Positions 29,901 through 40,391 are shown, counted from the first letter of the stretch. The stretch: DNA of 64,000 nt from an uncultured Candidatus Saccharibacteria bacterium (GCA_964430225.1 CAYSFE010000001.1:11820-75819); one strand, 5' to 3'. The notes: a model not told the origin generated them from the letters alone. Made by a program: numbers and translations.

Positions 29901-30548
29901 ATGAAATTTCTAACTTCCTCTATTTCCTTAATATTTGTAAACCTTTTACCAATACTTGGGGCCATATTTTTAGGTTGGGATATATATACACTTCTTCTCA
30001 TATATTGGTCAGAAAATGTAGTAGTAGGAATATTTACAGTTATTAAAATACTTAAAGCCGAGAATATATTAGATAGAAATGGAAAGTATAAGATAGAGGT
30101 GATTAAACCTCAAACAGACCCTGCAAAAGAAAATGATAAGAAGGGGAGTTACTTAGGAGCATTTCTATTTACCTATGGTGGTTTCTGTTTGATTCATGGA
30201 ATAATTTTAATGACTATAGTTTCAACTGAAGTTGTAAATATTATAGCCTTAATTTTAAATATGGTAATTGGTTTTGCACTAATATTTATAAGTCATTTAA
30301 TTTCATATAAGACTAACTATATTGACAAAGAAGAGTATAAGAATACATCTGTTGTAGAAATATTTATTAGATCATTTAAAAGAATCTTTATCATCCAGTT
30401 CACGATGGTAATTCTTTTCTTTCTCTTAAGAGGAGTGGACAACCTAATTGCAGTAAGCGTAATGGTAGTTATTAAAATAATTGCGGATCTAATTGGACAC
30501 CGTAGTGAACATATGACGATAAAGAGAGTTACTTTTACCCTTGATTAA
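29901..30548 (+). CDS. integral membrane protein, hypothetical
   Basis: Multiple TM helices. Confidence 0.45.
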   Translation: MKFLTSSISLIFVNLLPILGAIFLGWDIYTLLLIYWSENVVVGIFTVIKILKAENILDRNGKYKIEVIKPQTDPAKENDKKGSYLGAFLFTYGGFCLIHGIILMTIVSTEVVNIIALILNMVIGFALIFISHLISYKTNYIDKEEYKNTSVVEIFIRSFKRIFIIQFTMVILFFLLRGVDNLIAVSVMVVIKIIADLIGHRSEHMTIKRVTFTLD

Positions 30549-30564
30549 TGGGTAGAAAATATTC

Positions 30565-30592
30565 TTGACATTTTCTCTAAAAGTAATATATT
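30565..30592 (+). promoter_or_regulatory. sigma70-like promoter (TTGACA-16 nt-TATATT) for the candidate small RNA
   Basis: Consensus -35 TTGACA at 30565-30570, 16-nt spacer, -10 TATATT at 30587-30592. Predicted +1 at about G30599. Confidence 0.4.
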
Positions 30593-30598
30593 GGTAAT

Positions 30599-30707
30599 GG
30601 AACTGAATGTCGGAAAGGCTTCCGCAAATCTGTGTGAAGATAGCCCTTAAAAGCTATACTTGCTCTGATTGATTGAGAAATGCCGCTCTCACAGTTCCAT
30701 TTTTATT
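30599..30707 (+). ncRNA. candidate ~109-nt structured small RNA (unknown family)
   Basis: 5' GGAACUG pairs with 3' CAGUUCC (30692-30698), followed by AUUUUUAUU. Internal hairpins (e.g. CGGAA-AGGC-UUCCG). Higher G+C than the flanks. Lies between convergent genes. Confidence 0.35.
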
Positions 30708-30714
30708 GCTTATC

Positions 30715-31677
30715 TTATTTCTCTATTAACTTATTCATTAATTGATTAGCAGATGTTTCGTCTAATGGGTTTTGAGATACAATCATTACTTGAACATCAT
30801 TGTTATTAAATATAATTATTTCATTTTTATTCTCCGTAGTTGGAACTGTTAAATAAGCATTCTTATTAAGTTTAGTAAGATATATTTCCTTATACTCATA
30901 TTTGCTTATTACTTTATTAATATCTTTATCGACATCAGCACCTTGGTCATATGATTGAGTAAGAATAATATTATTTCCTCCATTTTTATCTATGATTGTC
31001 TGATAAACAGTTATTGGTGAACTTTCATAATTCACCAATAACCCAGAAACCATTTGACCACTTGTTCTTTTTGCCAAATCAAATACCAATACTGGTTTTC
31101 CAACCTTAAAAGATACAGAACTATATCCATAGTCATTTGTTAGCAGATCATAGAAACAAAATATAGTTGAAGCTATCGCAATAATTAAAGGAAATATACA
31201 AAATATTGTTAAAAACCATTTACTCTTTTTTCCTAAATTAGCGACTTCACCATTACTTGATTTAAGACCCAACAAAAGAAGAACTACTGATACAACAAAT
31301 ATTACTATTAACACATACCCAAAGAAATTGAGTTGTAAAGGAATTGGACTAAAAGAGTTAATAAAAGAGATATTAAAAACATTTATTAAAACCATACTTA
31401 AAACAGATGTGCCTAAGGCTAATATTAGAAATTTCCTATCAGCAAATCTTGCCTTAATAGAGAAATAGAAAGAGATAAAGACTACTAAAGAAGTTAGAAA
31501 TGGGAAGATGATAAGTCCTGAATTACTCATCCAAAACTCAGCAAAAGGTGAGGTAAGTGCTACAAGAGCAATATATGTAAGAACAATCTGAAATATAATT
31601 AAAATTGAATTCCAAAGACCCACCAAATTAAATATCATAAGTAACCACCATCCAATCTTGTATGCCTTACTTGTCAT
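30715..31677 (-). CDS. integral membrane protein, hypothetical
   Basis: Six TM helices, then a soluble C-terminal domain. Confidence 0.45.
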   Translation of the reverse strand: MTSKAYKIGWWLLMIFNLVGLWNSILIIFQIVLTYIALVALTSPFAEFWMSNSGLIIFPFLTSLVVFISFYFSIKARFADRKFLILALGTSVLSMVLINVFNISFINSFSPIPLQLNFFGYVLIVIFVVSVVLLLLGLKSSNGEVANLGKKSKWFLTIFCIFPLIIAIASTIFCFYDLLTNDYGYSSVSFKVGKPVLVFDLAKRTSGQMVSGLLVNYESSPITVYQTIIDKNGGNNIILTQSYDQGADVDKDINKVISKYEYKEIYLTKLNKNAYLTVPTTENKNEIIIFNNNDVQVMIVSQNPLDETSANQLMNKLIEK

Positions 31678-32378
31678 ATTTTAGAGTTTAAATATAATTT
31701 ACGAGTAGTTTCATCAAACTTTTCTATGGAATATCTTAGCATTGTTCTAGGCATAGTCATATATCTGTCTTTTAAATACTTTTTTAAAATTTCTTCACCA
31801 CACTTTTTACCAATTTCTCTTAGCATCCACCCACACGCCTTATGCATCAAATCCTCTTTATCTTTCATAAGTATATCAACTAGTTTGAAAGTAATATCAG
31901 GATCTTGGTCATATATGAATATTGAAGTTGCTAAAACAGCAATTCTTCTTTCCCATAACAATTTGGACTTAGCTAGTTTTAAAAGTATTTTCTCTCTATC
32001 TTTCTTATCCATTAAAAACTTTCCTACAATCCTTGGAGCACTTAGATCTACTAAGTCCCAGTTGTTAATATATTTAGTATGAGATAAATAGTAGGAATAG
32101 ATATTCTTTCTAATCTTTTCATCCTTAGCTTTTTCAAATCTCTTAACTAGTATTAAAAGAGCTATTAATCTTTCTTCATGATAGGGACTTGTAAGAATAT
32201 TTTCTAAGTCTTTATCAGAAATATCTATTAACTCTTTAACAAGTATTCTACATGTTGGAACTGTTAAACCTAAGAATTTATCACCTTCACCATACTCACC
32301 TTTACCCGTCTTAAAGAATCTGGATAGATTTTTTGCCCTTTCTTTATCCCCATATTTCCTAATTTCTTTTATCTCCAT
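31674..32378 (-). CDS. DNA alkylation repair protein (AlkD/AlkC HEAT-like repeat family)
   Basis: 'RAKNLSRFFKTGKGEYGEGDKFLGLTVP' is the hallmark N-terminal block of this family. Confidence 0.65.
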   Translation of the reverse strand: MEIKEIRKYGDKERAKNLSRFFKTGKGEYGEGDKFLGLTVPTCRILVKELIDISDKDLENILTSPYHEERLIALLILVKRFEKAKDEKIRKNIYSYYLSHTKYINNWDLVDLSAPRIVGKFLMDKKDREKILLKLAKSKLLWERRIAVLATSIFIYDQDPDITFKLVDILMKDKEDLMHKACGWMLREIGKKCGEEILKKYLKDRYMTMPRTMLRYSIEKFDETTRKLYLNSKI

Positions 32379-32453
32379 ATATATTTCTTCATATATAATT
32401 CATAATTAGGAGATATAATAGGACAATTAATTAGAAATATAAAGGAAACAGAA

Positions 32454-33131
32454 ATGAGAATACTTTACGCTGAAGATGAAATTAAGATTAAGATGATAGT
32501 TGAGGACTCCCTTAAACTTGAGAAATACACAGTTGATGGATGTTTTGATGGTAAAAAAGCCTTAGAGCTATTTCGTCTTAATGACTACGACCTAGTCATA
32601 CTTGATCTCATGATGCCAGAACTAAGTGGTACTGAGGTTATGAAAAAGATAAGAGAGAAGAATAAAGAGATACCAATACTAGCTTTAACTGCTAAAGGTG
32701 ATACAGAAAGTATAGTAAGTAATATTGATCAAGGATTTGATGACTATCTTCCTAAACCATTTAAAATGGAAGAACTTAAAAGTAGAATAAGAGCACTCAT
32801 TAGAAGAAGTACTTCTAAAGAAACAGTACTACATGTAGATGATCTAACTCTTGATCCAAAACTCAAGAAAGTAGTTAGAGCTAAAAAAGAAATTAAACTA
32901 ACTGCTAAGGAATATGCAATACTTGAATATCTTTTAAGACATATAGGGGAGTTTAAGACATCGGCAGAATTAACTGATAATATATGGGATGTCGCTTCTG
33001 ATATAGACTCAAATGTAGTAGCAGCACATATTAAAAACTTAAAGCATAAGATAGAAAAAGATTTTCCTAAACTTAGAGAAATCATAATTTCAGAAAGAGG
33101 ATTTGGATATAAAATAGAAAATGATAAATAA
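32454..33131 (+). CDS. OmpR-family response regulator
   Basis: Receiver 'DLVILDLMMPELSG', 'LTAKG', 'DDYLPKPF'; winged-helix output 'LTAKEYAILEYLL'. Confidence 0.8.
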   Translation: MRILYAEDEIKIKMIVEDSLKLEKYTVDGCFDGKKALELFRLNDYDLVILDLMMPELSGTEVMKKIREKNKEIPILALTAKGDTESIVSNIDQGFDDYLPKPFKMEELKSRIRALIRRSTSKETVLHVDDLTLDPKLKKVVRAKKEIKLTAKEYAILEYLLRHIGEFKTSAELTDNIWDVASDIDSNVVAAHIKNLKHKIEKDFPKLREIIISERGFGYKIENDK

Positions 33132-34017
33132 TGAATTTGAAAAAACAAGATTTAAGATAGCAGGACTTTTCTTTGCTATCTTTTTTATCCTTGTCTCCAT
33201 CATAAATATTGTAAACATATCTAGACAAAACTTTGGAATAGGTAGATTAGAAGAAGTAAGAGGAATGGGAGGGATTGGAAGGATGATTAACGACGAGATA
33301 TTTAAACAAAGACTTGAAGAACAAAGAGAGAGAGTAATAACTGATGCAATAATTCTTGAACTCTCTCTATCAGTACTTGGTGCAATCATTTCATACATAC
33401 TTTCTGACTATGTTTTACGACCTATTAAACTTAACATTGAGAATCAAAGGAGATTCTTAAGTTTTGCATCTCATGAACTTAAAACACCAATAACTACAAT
33501 ATCTCTACTATCTGAATCAGATAAATCAGAGAAGATGAAAAGTATTAATGAAGAAGCCGAAAAACTAAGTCTTCTAACTTCTAAATACCTAGAGATCATA
33601 ACTACAGACAAGAATAGAGAGGTAAAAGAAGTTGATATAGAGAAAATAATCTCACATACAATAGATCAGTTTAGAAAGACAATAGATCAAGAAAATATAA
33701 AAGTAGAAAATGTCACTCCTAAAGATATAAAAATAAGAACATATGAAGATGATTTAAAGATAGTACTTAGAAACATAATAGAGAATGCTACAAAGTATGT
33801 AGGAGAACCAAAGTACATTAAAATTTCTTCAACACTTCTTAATGACGTCTTAACAATAACTGTAATTAACTCAATATCTAGTTCTAACTACAAAAAAGGA
33901 TATGGACTTGGAAGCGAGATCATCAAATATCACTCTTCTCAAAGTAACTTTAAATACTCGTTTAATAAAACAAATAAAGAAGGAATTAGTACTTTAGAAA
34001 TTAAGAATATAAACTAA
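33121..34017 (+). CDS. sensor histidine kinase
   Basis: TM; HisKA 'FLSFASHELKTPIT'; N box 'LRNIIENATKY'; G2 'GYGLGSEI'. Overlaps the regulator gene. Confidence 0.75.
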   Translation: MINNEFEKTRFKIAGLFFAIFFILVSIINIVNISRQNFGIGRLEEVRGMGGIGRMINDEIFKQRLEEQRERVITDAIILELSLSVLGAIISYILSDYVLRPIKLNIENQRRFLSFASHELKTPITTISLLSESDKSEKMKSINEEAEKLSLLTSKYLEIITTDKNREVKEVDIEKIISHTIDQFRKTIDQENIKVENVTPKDIKIRTYEDDLKIVLRNIIENATKYVGEPKYIKISSTLLNDVLTITVINSISSSNYKKGYGLGSEIIKYHSSQSNFKYSFNKTNKEGISTLEIKNIN

Positions 34018-34132
34018 GCTTTCTTCATATTCCCTTCACTTTACATATATATACTTTACTTAATCTTAAATCATTTCAAATTCTAGAAAATTGATTTGAT
34101 GGAAAGAGAAATTTACTTTTTATTTTATTCAA

Positions 34133-34684
34133 ATGAATAAAGCACTAAAAATAGGTGCTATCTCAGTAGTCTCAGTAGCATTACTTGGACTAAGTGGGAT
34201 AATGGCCTTTCAAGGAGCTACTGTATATGCAGCAACTCCAACTAATACCGTATTTGAAAAGGTATTAGAGAAACTAGGTATTAAGAATGTAACAGCAGAT
34301 CAATTAAAGACTGCTCTTGATACTTCAAGAGATGAAGTAAGAAAGACTGAACTTGAAACAAGACTTTCTGAAGCAGTAACTGCTAAAAAGCTAACACAAG
34401 CGCAAGCTGACTTAGCTAAGAAACTTTTTACTGTTAGAGAGACACAAAGAGAAGCAATGAGAACAAAGATGGAGGCAATGACAGATGCTGAGAGAGAAGC
34501 ATTAAGAGGAACAAGACCAATGCAAGCTGACAAGGATGCAGTTGCAAAGGAATTAGGAATATCAGTAACTGATTTAACTAACTTAGAAACAGCATTAAGA
34601 GAAGCAGATGTTGTTCCAATGCAAGGTAGAGGTATGGGAATGGGTAAAGGAATGGGAGAAGGTAGAATGATGAGAGGTCAATAA
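34133..34684 (+). CDS. secreted Spy/CpxP-like (LTxxQ-motif) periplasmic protein, tentative
   Basis: Signal peptide; helical repeats with 'KKLTQAQADLAKKLF' (LTxxQ); Met/Gly-rich tail. Directly downstream of the two-component pair. Confidence 0.35.
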   Translation: MNKALKIGAISVVSVALLGLSGIMAFQGATVYAATPTNTVFEKVLEKLGIKNVTADQLKTALDTSRDEVRKTELETRLSEAVTAKKLTQAQADLAKKLFTVRETQREAMRTKMEAMTDAEREALRGTRPMQADKDAVAKELGISVTDLTNLETALREADVVPMQGRGMGMGKGMGEGRMMRGQ

Positions 34685-34706
34685 AAGACTTATACTCATT
34701 CGAACA

Positions 34707-34735
34707 AAAGACCATGAGAAATCATGGTCTTTTTG
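34707..34735. terminator. bidirectional rho-independent terminator
   Basis: AAAGACCATGA-gaaa-TCATGGTCTTT (11-bp stem) with T/A runs on both sides, between convergent genes. Confidence 0.55.
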
Positions 34736-34745
34736 TTAAATACTC

Positions 34746-35165
34746 TTAAAGTAATACTGCTATTACTCCAGCAAGTACAAATATAACTAACTGATACCCA
34801 GCATCAATAAGGAAAAGTCTTCTAGGTCTTTGAGCAAATACATAGTTCATTGCCATAGAAGTAACTACAAATGCTAACCACATTTTAGCTCCTAATATTA
34901 AACCACCCTGCCATGTATGTAGGTTAAGTCTTGTAGCGAGATAGTCCATAAACACACCAATTACTAAACTAGCTATGATAGAAACAACATAACCTACTGC
35001 TGGAGCTTTCTTCATAGACTCTGCATTTAATCCAACATCACTCATCCATTTCTTACCAAATACTTGCACTGAATACCACACCATACCTACTGCCATAACC
35101 ATGACGGCCACTGCAACAGGAACAAGGGGATTCACTTGCATTAATGCGTTTAAATTCAGCATCAA
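34746..35165 (-). CDS. DUF1761-like membrane protein
   Basis: Four TM helices; noticeably G+C-richer codons than the neighbourhood. Confidence 0.45.
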   Translation of the reverse strand: MMLNLNALMQVNPLVPVAVAVMVMAVGMVWYSVQVFGKKWMSDVGLNAESMKKAPAVGYVVSIIASLVIGVFMDYLATRLNLHTWQGGLILGAKMWLAFVVTSMAMNYVFAQRPRRLFLIDAGYQLVIFVLAGVIAVLL

Positions 35166-35233
35166 TGTAAAGTAATATATAAATACCTGATACTATAATG
35201 AATTTAATAGAAATACAATAAAGAACTTTACCC

Positions 35234-35764
35234 TTAAAGAGTCAATATTTCCTTAGATATACTCTCTTCAAATTTAGGAAGTACTTCAGAATAGTTATCA
35301 TTCCTAATCTCTGGGATATTAATTTCACCTGACAAAGTAAGGTTTAATTCTTCAAAGATTGGAAGCATTGCAGTAATAGCTCTTCTACCTGCATTCTTTC
35401 CGATTGAGTAACTAATACCTAATACTTTCTTACCATTCCATTCTTTCATAAACCATTCAAAGAAACTTACCATACTTGCTGGCAAAGTATGATTATATTC
35501 AGGGGTAACTACAATATATGAGGTTGCATCATTCACTCTTTTAGCCCATTCATTTGCTTTAGGATTAGAGTACTCCTTCTTTGACATATTTAATCCCATT
35601 GGAGACATAGACTCAGAGTATAGTCCAAGATCAAAATCTCTAAGATCTACATAGTCTACCTTGGTGTCAGGAAGTTTTGAGGCGATATCCGCTACAAACC
35701 TCGATACCTTATCTCCAACTCTCCCTTCTCTTGTTGAAACTGAAAATATCATTATGTTTTTCAT
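35234..35764 (-). CDS. NADPH-dependent FMN reductase family flavoprotein
   Basis: 'MIFSVSTREGRVG...IVVTPEYNHTLPASMVSFFEW', typical of PF03358-type reductases. Confidence 0.65.
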   Translation of the reverse strand: MKNIMIFSVSTREGRVGDKVSRFVADIASKLPDTKVDYVDLRDFDLGLYSESMSPMGLNMSKKEYSNPKANEWAKRVNDATSYIVVTPEYNHTLPASMVSFFEWFMKEWNGKKVLGISYSIGKNAGRRAITAMLPIFEELNLTLSGEINIPEIRNDNYSEVLPKFEESISKEILTL

Positions 35765-35878
35765 ATATGAAATTTAAGAAATAAATTATGGGAACCAAAT
35801 CCCATTAGGGAAGTATAGTTATGTGAGGGATACAATATATATCTTTTGTCTTTTTAATATATATATGGTATTTAGACT

Positions 35879-37285
35879 TTGTACCTTTTAACTCTCTTAA
35901 TGAAACAAGATACTTTAAAAGCTGTTTCCCCTATAGATGGTAGATACTATGAGAGCACCTCTGCACTTAATCCATATGTTTCCGAATACGCCTTAATATA
36001 TTTTAGAATTGAAATAGAAGTAAGATATTTAGAAGCTCTCTCAAAAGAGGGAATTATTAGAAAATTTAGTGCAAAAGAATTAAAACTTCTAAAAGATATA
36101 TATGAGATAAAGAGTGAGAGTGAAGCAAACAAGGTAAAAGAAATAGAGGATAAAGTTAGACATGATGTAAAAGCCGTAGAGATATATTTAAGAGAAAAGC
36201 TTAAAAGTACATCACTAAAAGATGTAATAGAATATCTTCACTTTGCTCTTACATCTGAAGACATCAACAACATCGCATATAGACTTACACTAAAGAGAGG
36301 ATTTGAAAGTGTAGCATTACCTAAATATAGGTCTCTACTTAATAGTTTTCTAGATTTCTCTGAAGAGAATATGGGTTTACCAATGCTTGCTCGTACTCAT
36401 GGACAAGATGCAATCCCTACGACTCTTGGAAAAGAAACTTGTGTCTTTGCTTTAAGGCTATACAAAGAAATTAAAAAGATTGAAAAACTTAAACTTACAG
36501 GGAAACTGAGTGGAGGAGTTGGAACATACGCGAGTTTCACTCTTACATATCCTAAAACTGATTGGATAAAGTTCTCAAAGAACTTCATTGAGTCTTTTGA
36601 TCTAGAGTTTAATGTTCTCACTACTCAAATAAATCCACTCGATGATATTGTAGAATACCTTCAAACACTACATAGGATTAATAGTATTCTCTTAGGTTTT
36701 AATCAAGATATGTGGAGATACATTTCAGATGGATGGCTTACACAAAAGGTAGATAAAACAAGTGTTGGTTCTTCTACAATGGCTCAAAAGATAAATCCAA
36801 TAAACTTTGAGAATAGTGAAGGAAATATACAGGTTGTAAATAGCTTAATTGAAGGTCTAGTGAGATCCCTACCAATATCTCGTTTACAACGAGATCTATC
36901 TGGAAGTACTGTTATTAGAAACATCTCAACAATACTAGCTCATGAGATATTAATCTTTGATGGAACTCTTAAAGGTATATCTAAAGTGAAAGCTAATCAT
37001 GAGCTCATTACTACATATCTAACTTCAAACTACTCAATCCTATCTGAAGCAGCACAGATAATACTTAGAAAACATGGAATTAAAGATGGTTATGAAGTGA
37101 TAAAACAAAAAACGATGGGAGAGGAACTAAGTAAGAATGAATGGGAAGAGATGATAAATGGTTTAGATATTTCTAAGAAGATAAAGAATAACATCCTTTC
37201 AGTCACACCTCTTAACTACTTAGGATACTCAGAAAAAATAACTAAAAGTACTATTAATACTATTCGTAAATATTTAATTCTTTAA
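35879..37285 (+). CDS. purB: adenylosuccinate lyase
   Basis: 'SPIDGRY' start block; fumarate-lyase signature 'GSSTMAQKINP'. Confidence 0.85.
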   Translation: MYLLTLLMKQDTLKAVSPIDGRYYESTSALNPYVSEYALIYFRIEIEVRYLEALSKEGIIRKFSAKELKLLKDIYEIKSESEANKVKEIEDKVRHDVKAVEIYLREKLKSTSLKDVIEYLHFALTSEDINNIAYRLTLKRGFESVALPKYRSLLNSFLDFSEENMGLPMLARTHGQDAIPTTLGKETCVFALRLYKEIKKIEKLKLTGKLSGGVGTYASFTLTYPKTDWIKFSKNFIESFDLEFNVLTTQINPLDDIVEYLQTLHRINSILLGFNQDMWRYISDGWLTQKVDKTSVGSSTMAQKINPINFENSEGNIQVVNSLIEGLVRSLPISRLQRDLSGSTVIRNISTILAHEILIFDGTLKGISKVKANHELITTYLTSNYSILSEAAQIILRKHGIKDGYEVIKQKTMGEELSKNEWEEMINGLDISKKIKNNILSVTPLNYLGYSEKITKSTINTIRKYLIL

Positions 37286-37294
37286 TATATCTTT

Positions 37295-38644
37295 ATGAGA
37301 AAAAACTCTATTGCTTTTGGTGGTGGTGCATATGGTGATGAAGGGAAGGGGAGAATAGTAGATGAGTATGCAAATATACTCGCTAAAAAATACAAGATGG
37401 TGATATATAGAGATAACGGAGGGAGTAATGCAGGTCATACTGTAGAAGTACCTGATAAAGCAAAGATAGCTCTTCATCAACTTCCATCTGGAGTATTTAT
37501 TAAAGGAGCATATGTAATACTTGGGAAAGGTATGGTAATCAATCCAGCTGATCTGTTAGAAGAAATCAGACAAGTAAAGAAAGTAAATAGTAATAAACTA
37601 GATGTAACAATGTTAATAGATGAAATGGCAGTTCTTACACTAGATACACATAGAGCATTTGAAGGAGTACTTAAGAAATATCAAGAGGGTGGGAAAGGAT
37701 CTACAGGGAGAGGTATATCACCTGCATATGCAGATGTACTTTTAAGACACCCGCTAAGAGCAAGAGATATAAAAACATTTAACAGAGAAAAAATACTCTC
37801 TCACTACAGAATGTATAAAGATTTAATTAAAGGTTTAGGGGAAGATATGGAAAAGTGGGAAGTTAAGACTTTAGGTGGTAGTGGAACAAGTACTGTAGGA
37901 TCTGAGAAGGTATTTGTAGAAAGACTATTAAAGGAATCAAAAGAATTAAAGAAATATATTTCAGACGTATCAGAATTCCTTAAGACTTCTTGGAACTCTA
38001 AATCATATGCCTTTATCTTTGAGAAAGCACAAGCTGTAGGATTAGATCCAAGATATGGAGTATATCCTGATGTAACAGCATCAGATACTACATTTGGTGG
38101 TATTGAAAGTTCTACCGAAGGATTAATAAATCCTTTGGATATAGAGATAAGAGCAAATGTCATAAAAGCTACATATATGTCCTCTGTAGGTACTAGAAAA
38201 CTTCCATCTATGATGCCCGAAGACTTAGCACATAGAATAAGAGAAGATGCTAATGAATATGGAGCTACAACTAAAAGACCTAGAGATATTGCTTACCTTG
38301 ATCTTGTAGCTACAGACTTCTTTAGAAAAGTAGGTAAAGCAACACATATGGTTCTTACTCATATGGATATTGTATACAATGACACCCCTATTAAAGTTTG
38401 TATTGGATATACATTAAGAGGAAAGAAAGTGACATACAGACCTGACCAAGAATTTCTAAACAAAGTAAAACCAGAATACAAAGAATTTAAGACTTGGGAT
38501 AAAGAGAAGGTACAAAAAGCTAAGAGATATGATGATCTACCAAAAGAAGCTAAAGTATTTTTAACATATATCTCAAAATACTTAGGAGTACCAATACTAA
38601 TGATTACAACAGGACCTAAGAGAGAACAGGGGATAAGGTTCTAG
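37295..38644 (+). CDS. purA: adenylosuccinate synthetase
   Basis: 'GGGAYGDEGKGRIVD', 'GGSNAGHTV', 'GSTGRGISPAY', 'GATTKRPRDIAYLD', 'ITTGPKREQ'. Confidence 0.85.
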   Translation: MRKNSIAFGGGAYGDEGKGRIVDEYANILAKKYKMVIYRDNGGSNAGHTVEVPDKAKIALHQLPSGVFIKGAYVILGKGMVINPADLLEEIRQVKKVNSNKLDVTMLIDEMAVLTLDTHRAFEGVLKKYQEGGKGSTGRGISPAYADVLLRHPLRARDIKTFNREKILSHYRMYKDLIKGLGEDMEKWEVKTLGGSGTSTVGSEKVFVERLLKESKELKKYISDVSEFLKTSWNSKSYAFIFEKAQAVGLDPRYGVYPDVTASDTTFGGIESSTEGLINPLDIEIRANVIKATYMSSVGTRKLPSMMPEDLAHRIREDANEYGATTKRPRDIAYLDLVATDFFRKVGKATHMVLTHMDIVYNDTPIKVCIGYTLRGKKVTYRPDQEFLNKVKPEYKEFKTWDKEKVQKAKRYDDLPKEAKVFLTYISKYLGVPILMITTGPKREQGIRF

Positions 38645-38646
38645 AC

Positions 38647-40005
38647 TTAATATTTATCTGGACTTGTACAAAGTGCAGTCTCTATTATTCTAGCAGTTCC
38701 ATCTTCTAAATTTTCTAGACAAAATCTTTGTTGTTTAAATTTTGTTGCTAGTTTAATAATTCTTTCAATCTCTTTTATGTCTCCCTCAATCAGAACAGCT
38801 GGTTCTTGATATGTAGAAGGTTCAGCAATTCCTTTTCTTACCGTAAATATTTCGGCTTGAGTTAAGATAAAACTTTCACCTAATATTTCTTTAACCTCAT
38901 CAATCGTATGAAACATTCCAGAGTTATATCCAATCTCTAGTCCTAGTAATACCCTAAATTTGGGCTTACTATTCCTTTCCTCTACCTCAACTGAGGCTTC
39001 AATACCATTTCCAATCATTTCACTTGTAAACATTAACTCTTCACTGCTTTGAATATCTCCATACTTTCTTCTTGGGTATATATTTCGAACATAAGTCCAA
39101 TTACCTTCAGATCCAACAAAGTATCCAAAACAATTTACCCCTGTCTCTCTAACAGTATGAATTATTGATTGTTTAAACTCACTTAAAGTACTAGATGTTC
39201 CATCTATTCTTGCAGACCAAAGTGGAGCAGGTTCTAGTTCCCTTGGTACTTTAAATTTTCTAGTCTTTTCATCAAATACTATTCCTTCCTTCTTTATCCC
39301 TCTACATTCTGCTGTTATTGTCATCTCTTCAGTCAATTTATCATACTCAAATTGAATACGCATGCCTTCTCCTTTTCTTGGTTCTTGACCTTTTTCAAGA
39401 GTAAATCCAAATACATCTTCCATGATTGGATACATAATTTCATAGTGAGTGGTTGCAATTATATGAAGGGGCTTTCCTTTCAGATCTCCAGACTTAGCTA
39501 AATATCTTACCCAGTTATATACCCTCTCAGCTCTTCTTCTTATTAATGAACTTACTTCAAAATTAGGATTAGGTGCTTGAAAGTCAGGATCTCTAAAAAG
39601 CCTATTACTTCGTACAAAGCTTGCACCTTTAGGTACATCAATAATCTCTTTTTTTACAAATTTTTGATTATATACATCAAAAGGTCTTAAAGATCTTATG
39701 ATACTTTCTTTAAATATTTCAAATCCTGCTCTTTTTAGTCTTTTTTTAATTATATCTTTGGAATCCCTTGCTCTCCAAGATTCAGAACTCCATAATACTA
39801 TTCTTTCATTATGACTTATTGCTTTTACCAGAACTCTTGCTGTCCTTAAGACATCAATTATGCCTTTTCTAGATAAATCAAAGGGACGTTCGTCTCCTAA
39901 TACTTCATTAAATTGGGGATCATGTTCATATTCATGGTAAGGAGTTCTTCCATGACGAACCATATCAAATATAACTACGTTTGTAGTTAATGACCTTTGG
40001 GGCAT
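38647..40005 (-). CDS. hypothetical two-domain protein with N-terminal histidine-phosphatase-like (RHG) domain
   Basis: 'VVIFDMVRHGRT' RHG catalytic motif, later 'HIIATTHYEI'. C-terminal ~230 aa unrecognised. Confidence 0.4.
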   Translation of the reverse strand: MPQRSLTTNVVIFDMVRHGRTPYHEYEHDPQFNEVLGDERPFDLSRKGIIDVLRTARVLVKAISHNERIVLWSSESWRARDSKDIIKKRLKRAGFEIFKESIIRSLRPFDVYNQKFVKKEIIDVPKGASFVRSNRLFRDPDFQAPNPNFEVSSLIRRRAERVYNWVRYLAKSGDLKGKPLHIIATTHYEIMYPIMEDVFGFTLEKGQEPRKGEGMRIQFEYDKLTEEMTITAECRGIKKEGIVFDEKTRKFKVPRELEPAPLWSARIDGTSSTLSEFKQSIIHTVRETGVNCFGYFVGSEGNWTYVRNIYPRRKYGDIQSSEELMFTSEMIGNGIEASVEVEERNSKPKFRVLLGLEIGYNSGMFHTIDEVKEILGESFILTQAEIFTVRKGIAEPSTYQEPAVLIEGDIKEIERIIKLATKFKQQRFCLENLEDGTARIIETALCTSPDKY

Positions 40006-40391
40006 CGTTTCCGATACTGTTTCTGAATTGATAATATGACAATGATAACTTAAATCATATTGGGCAGGATTCTAGCATAATCTCATAAGAATAGTCTAAT
40101 TCTTTAATTGACAAATATAAGACTTAACTGTATCATCTCTGCATTATTGAAAATTTAGTTTGTTTTTTCAATAAAATCTGAGATATATATAAAACTAAAA
40201 AATTCAAAGACTTTCGTTGATTACAGACTTCAGAGTATTTAATTTTTTTCTATCTATAGTTTACTAAACTGAATCTAATAAATTTCGTTTTATTAGGAAA
40301 TATAGACTCAAAGACATATTTTTGTTACTAAAAAATTAATTTAATAGTTAATCTTTAAGTGATATAAAATATAATTTAATGGACTATTTTA

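Noticed and set aside
30599-30707. Assigning the candidate small RNA to SRP (4.5S) RNA
   Set aside because: Size and end-pairing fit, but I cannot find the conserved helix-8 GGAA-tetraloop/AGCAG context. Left as unknown family.
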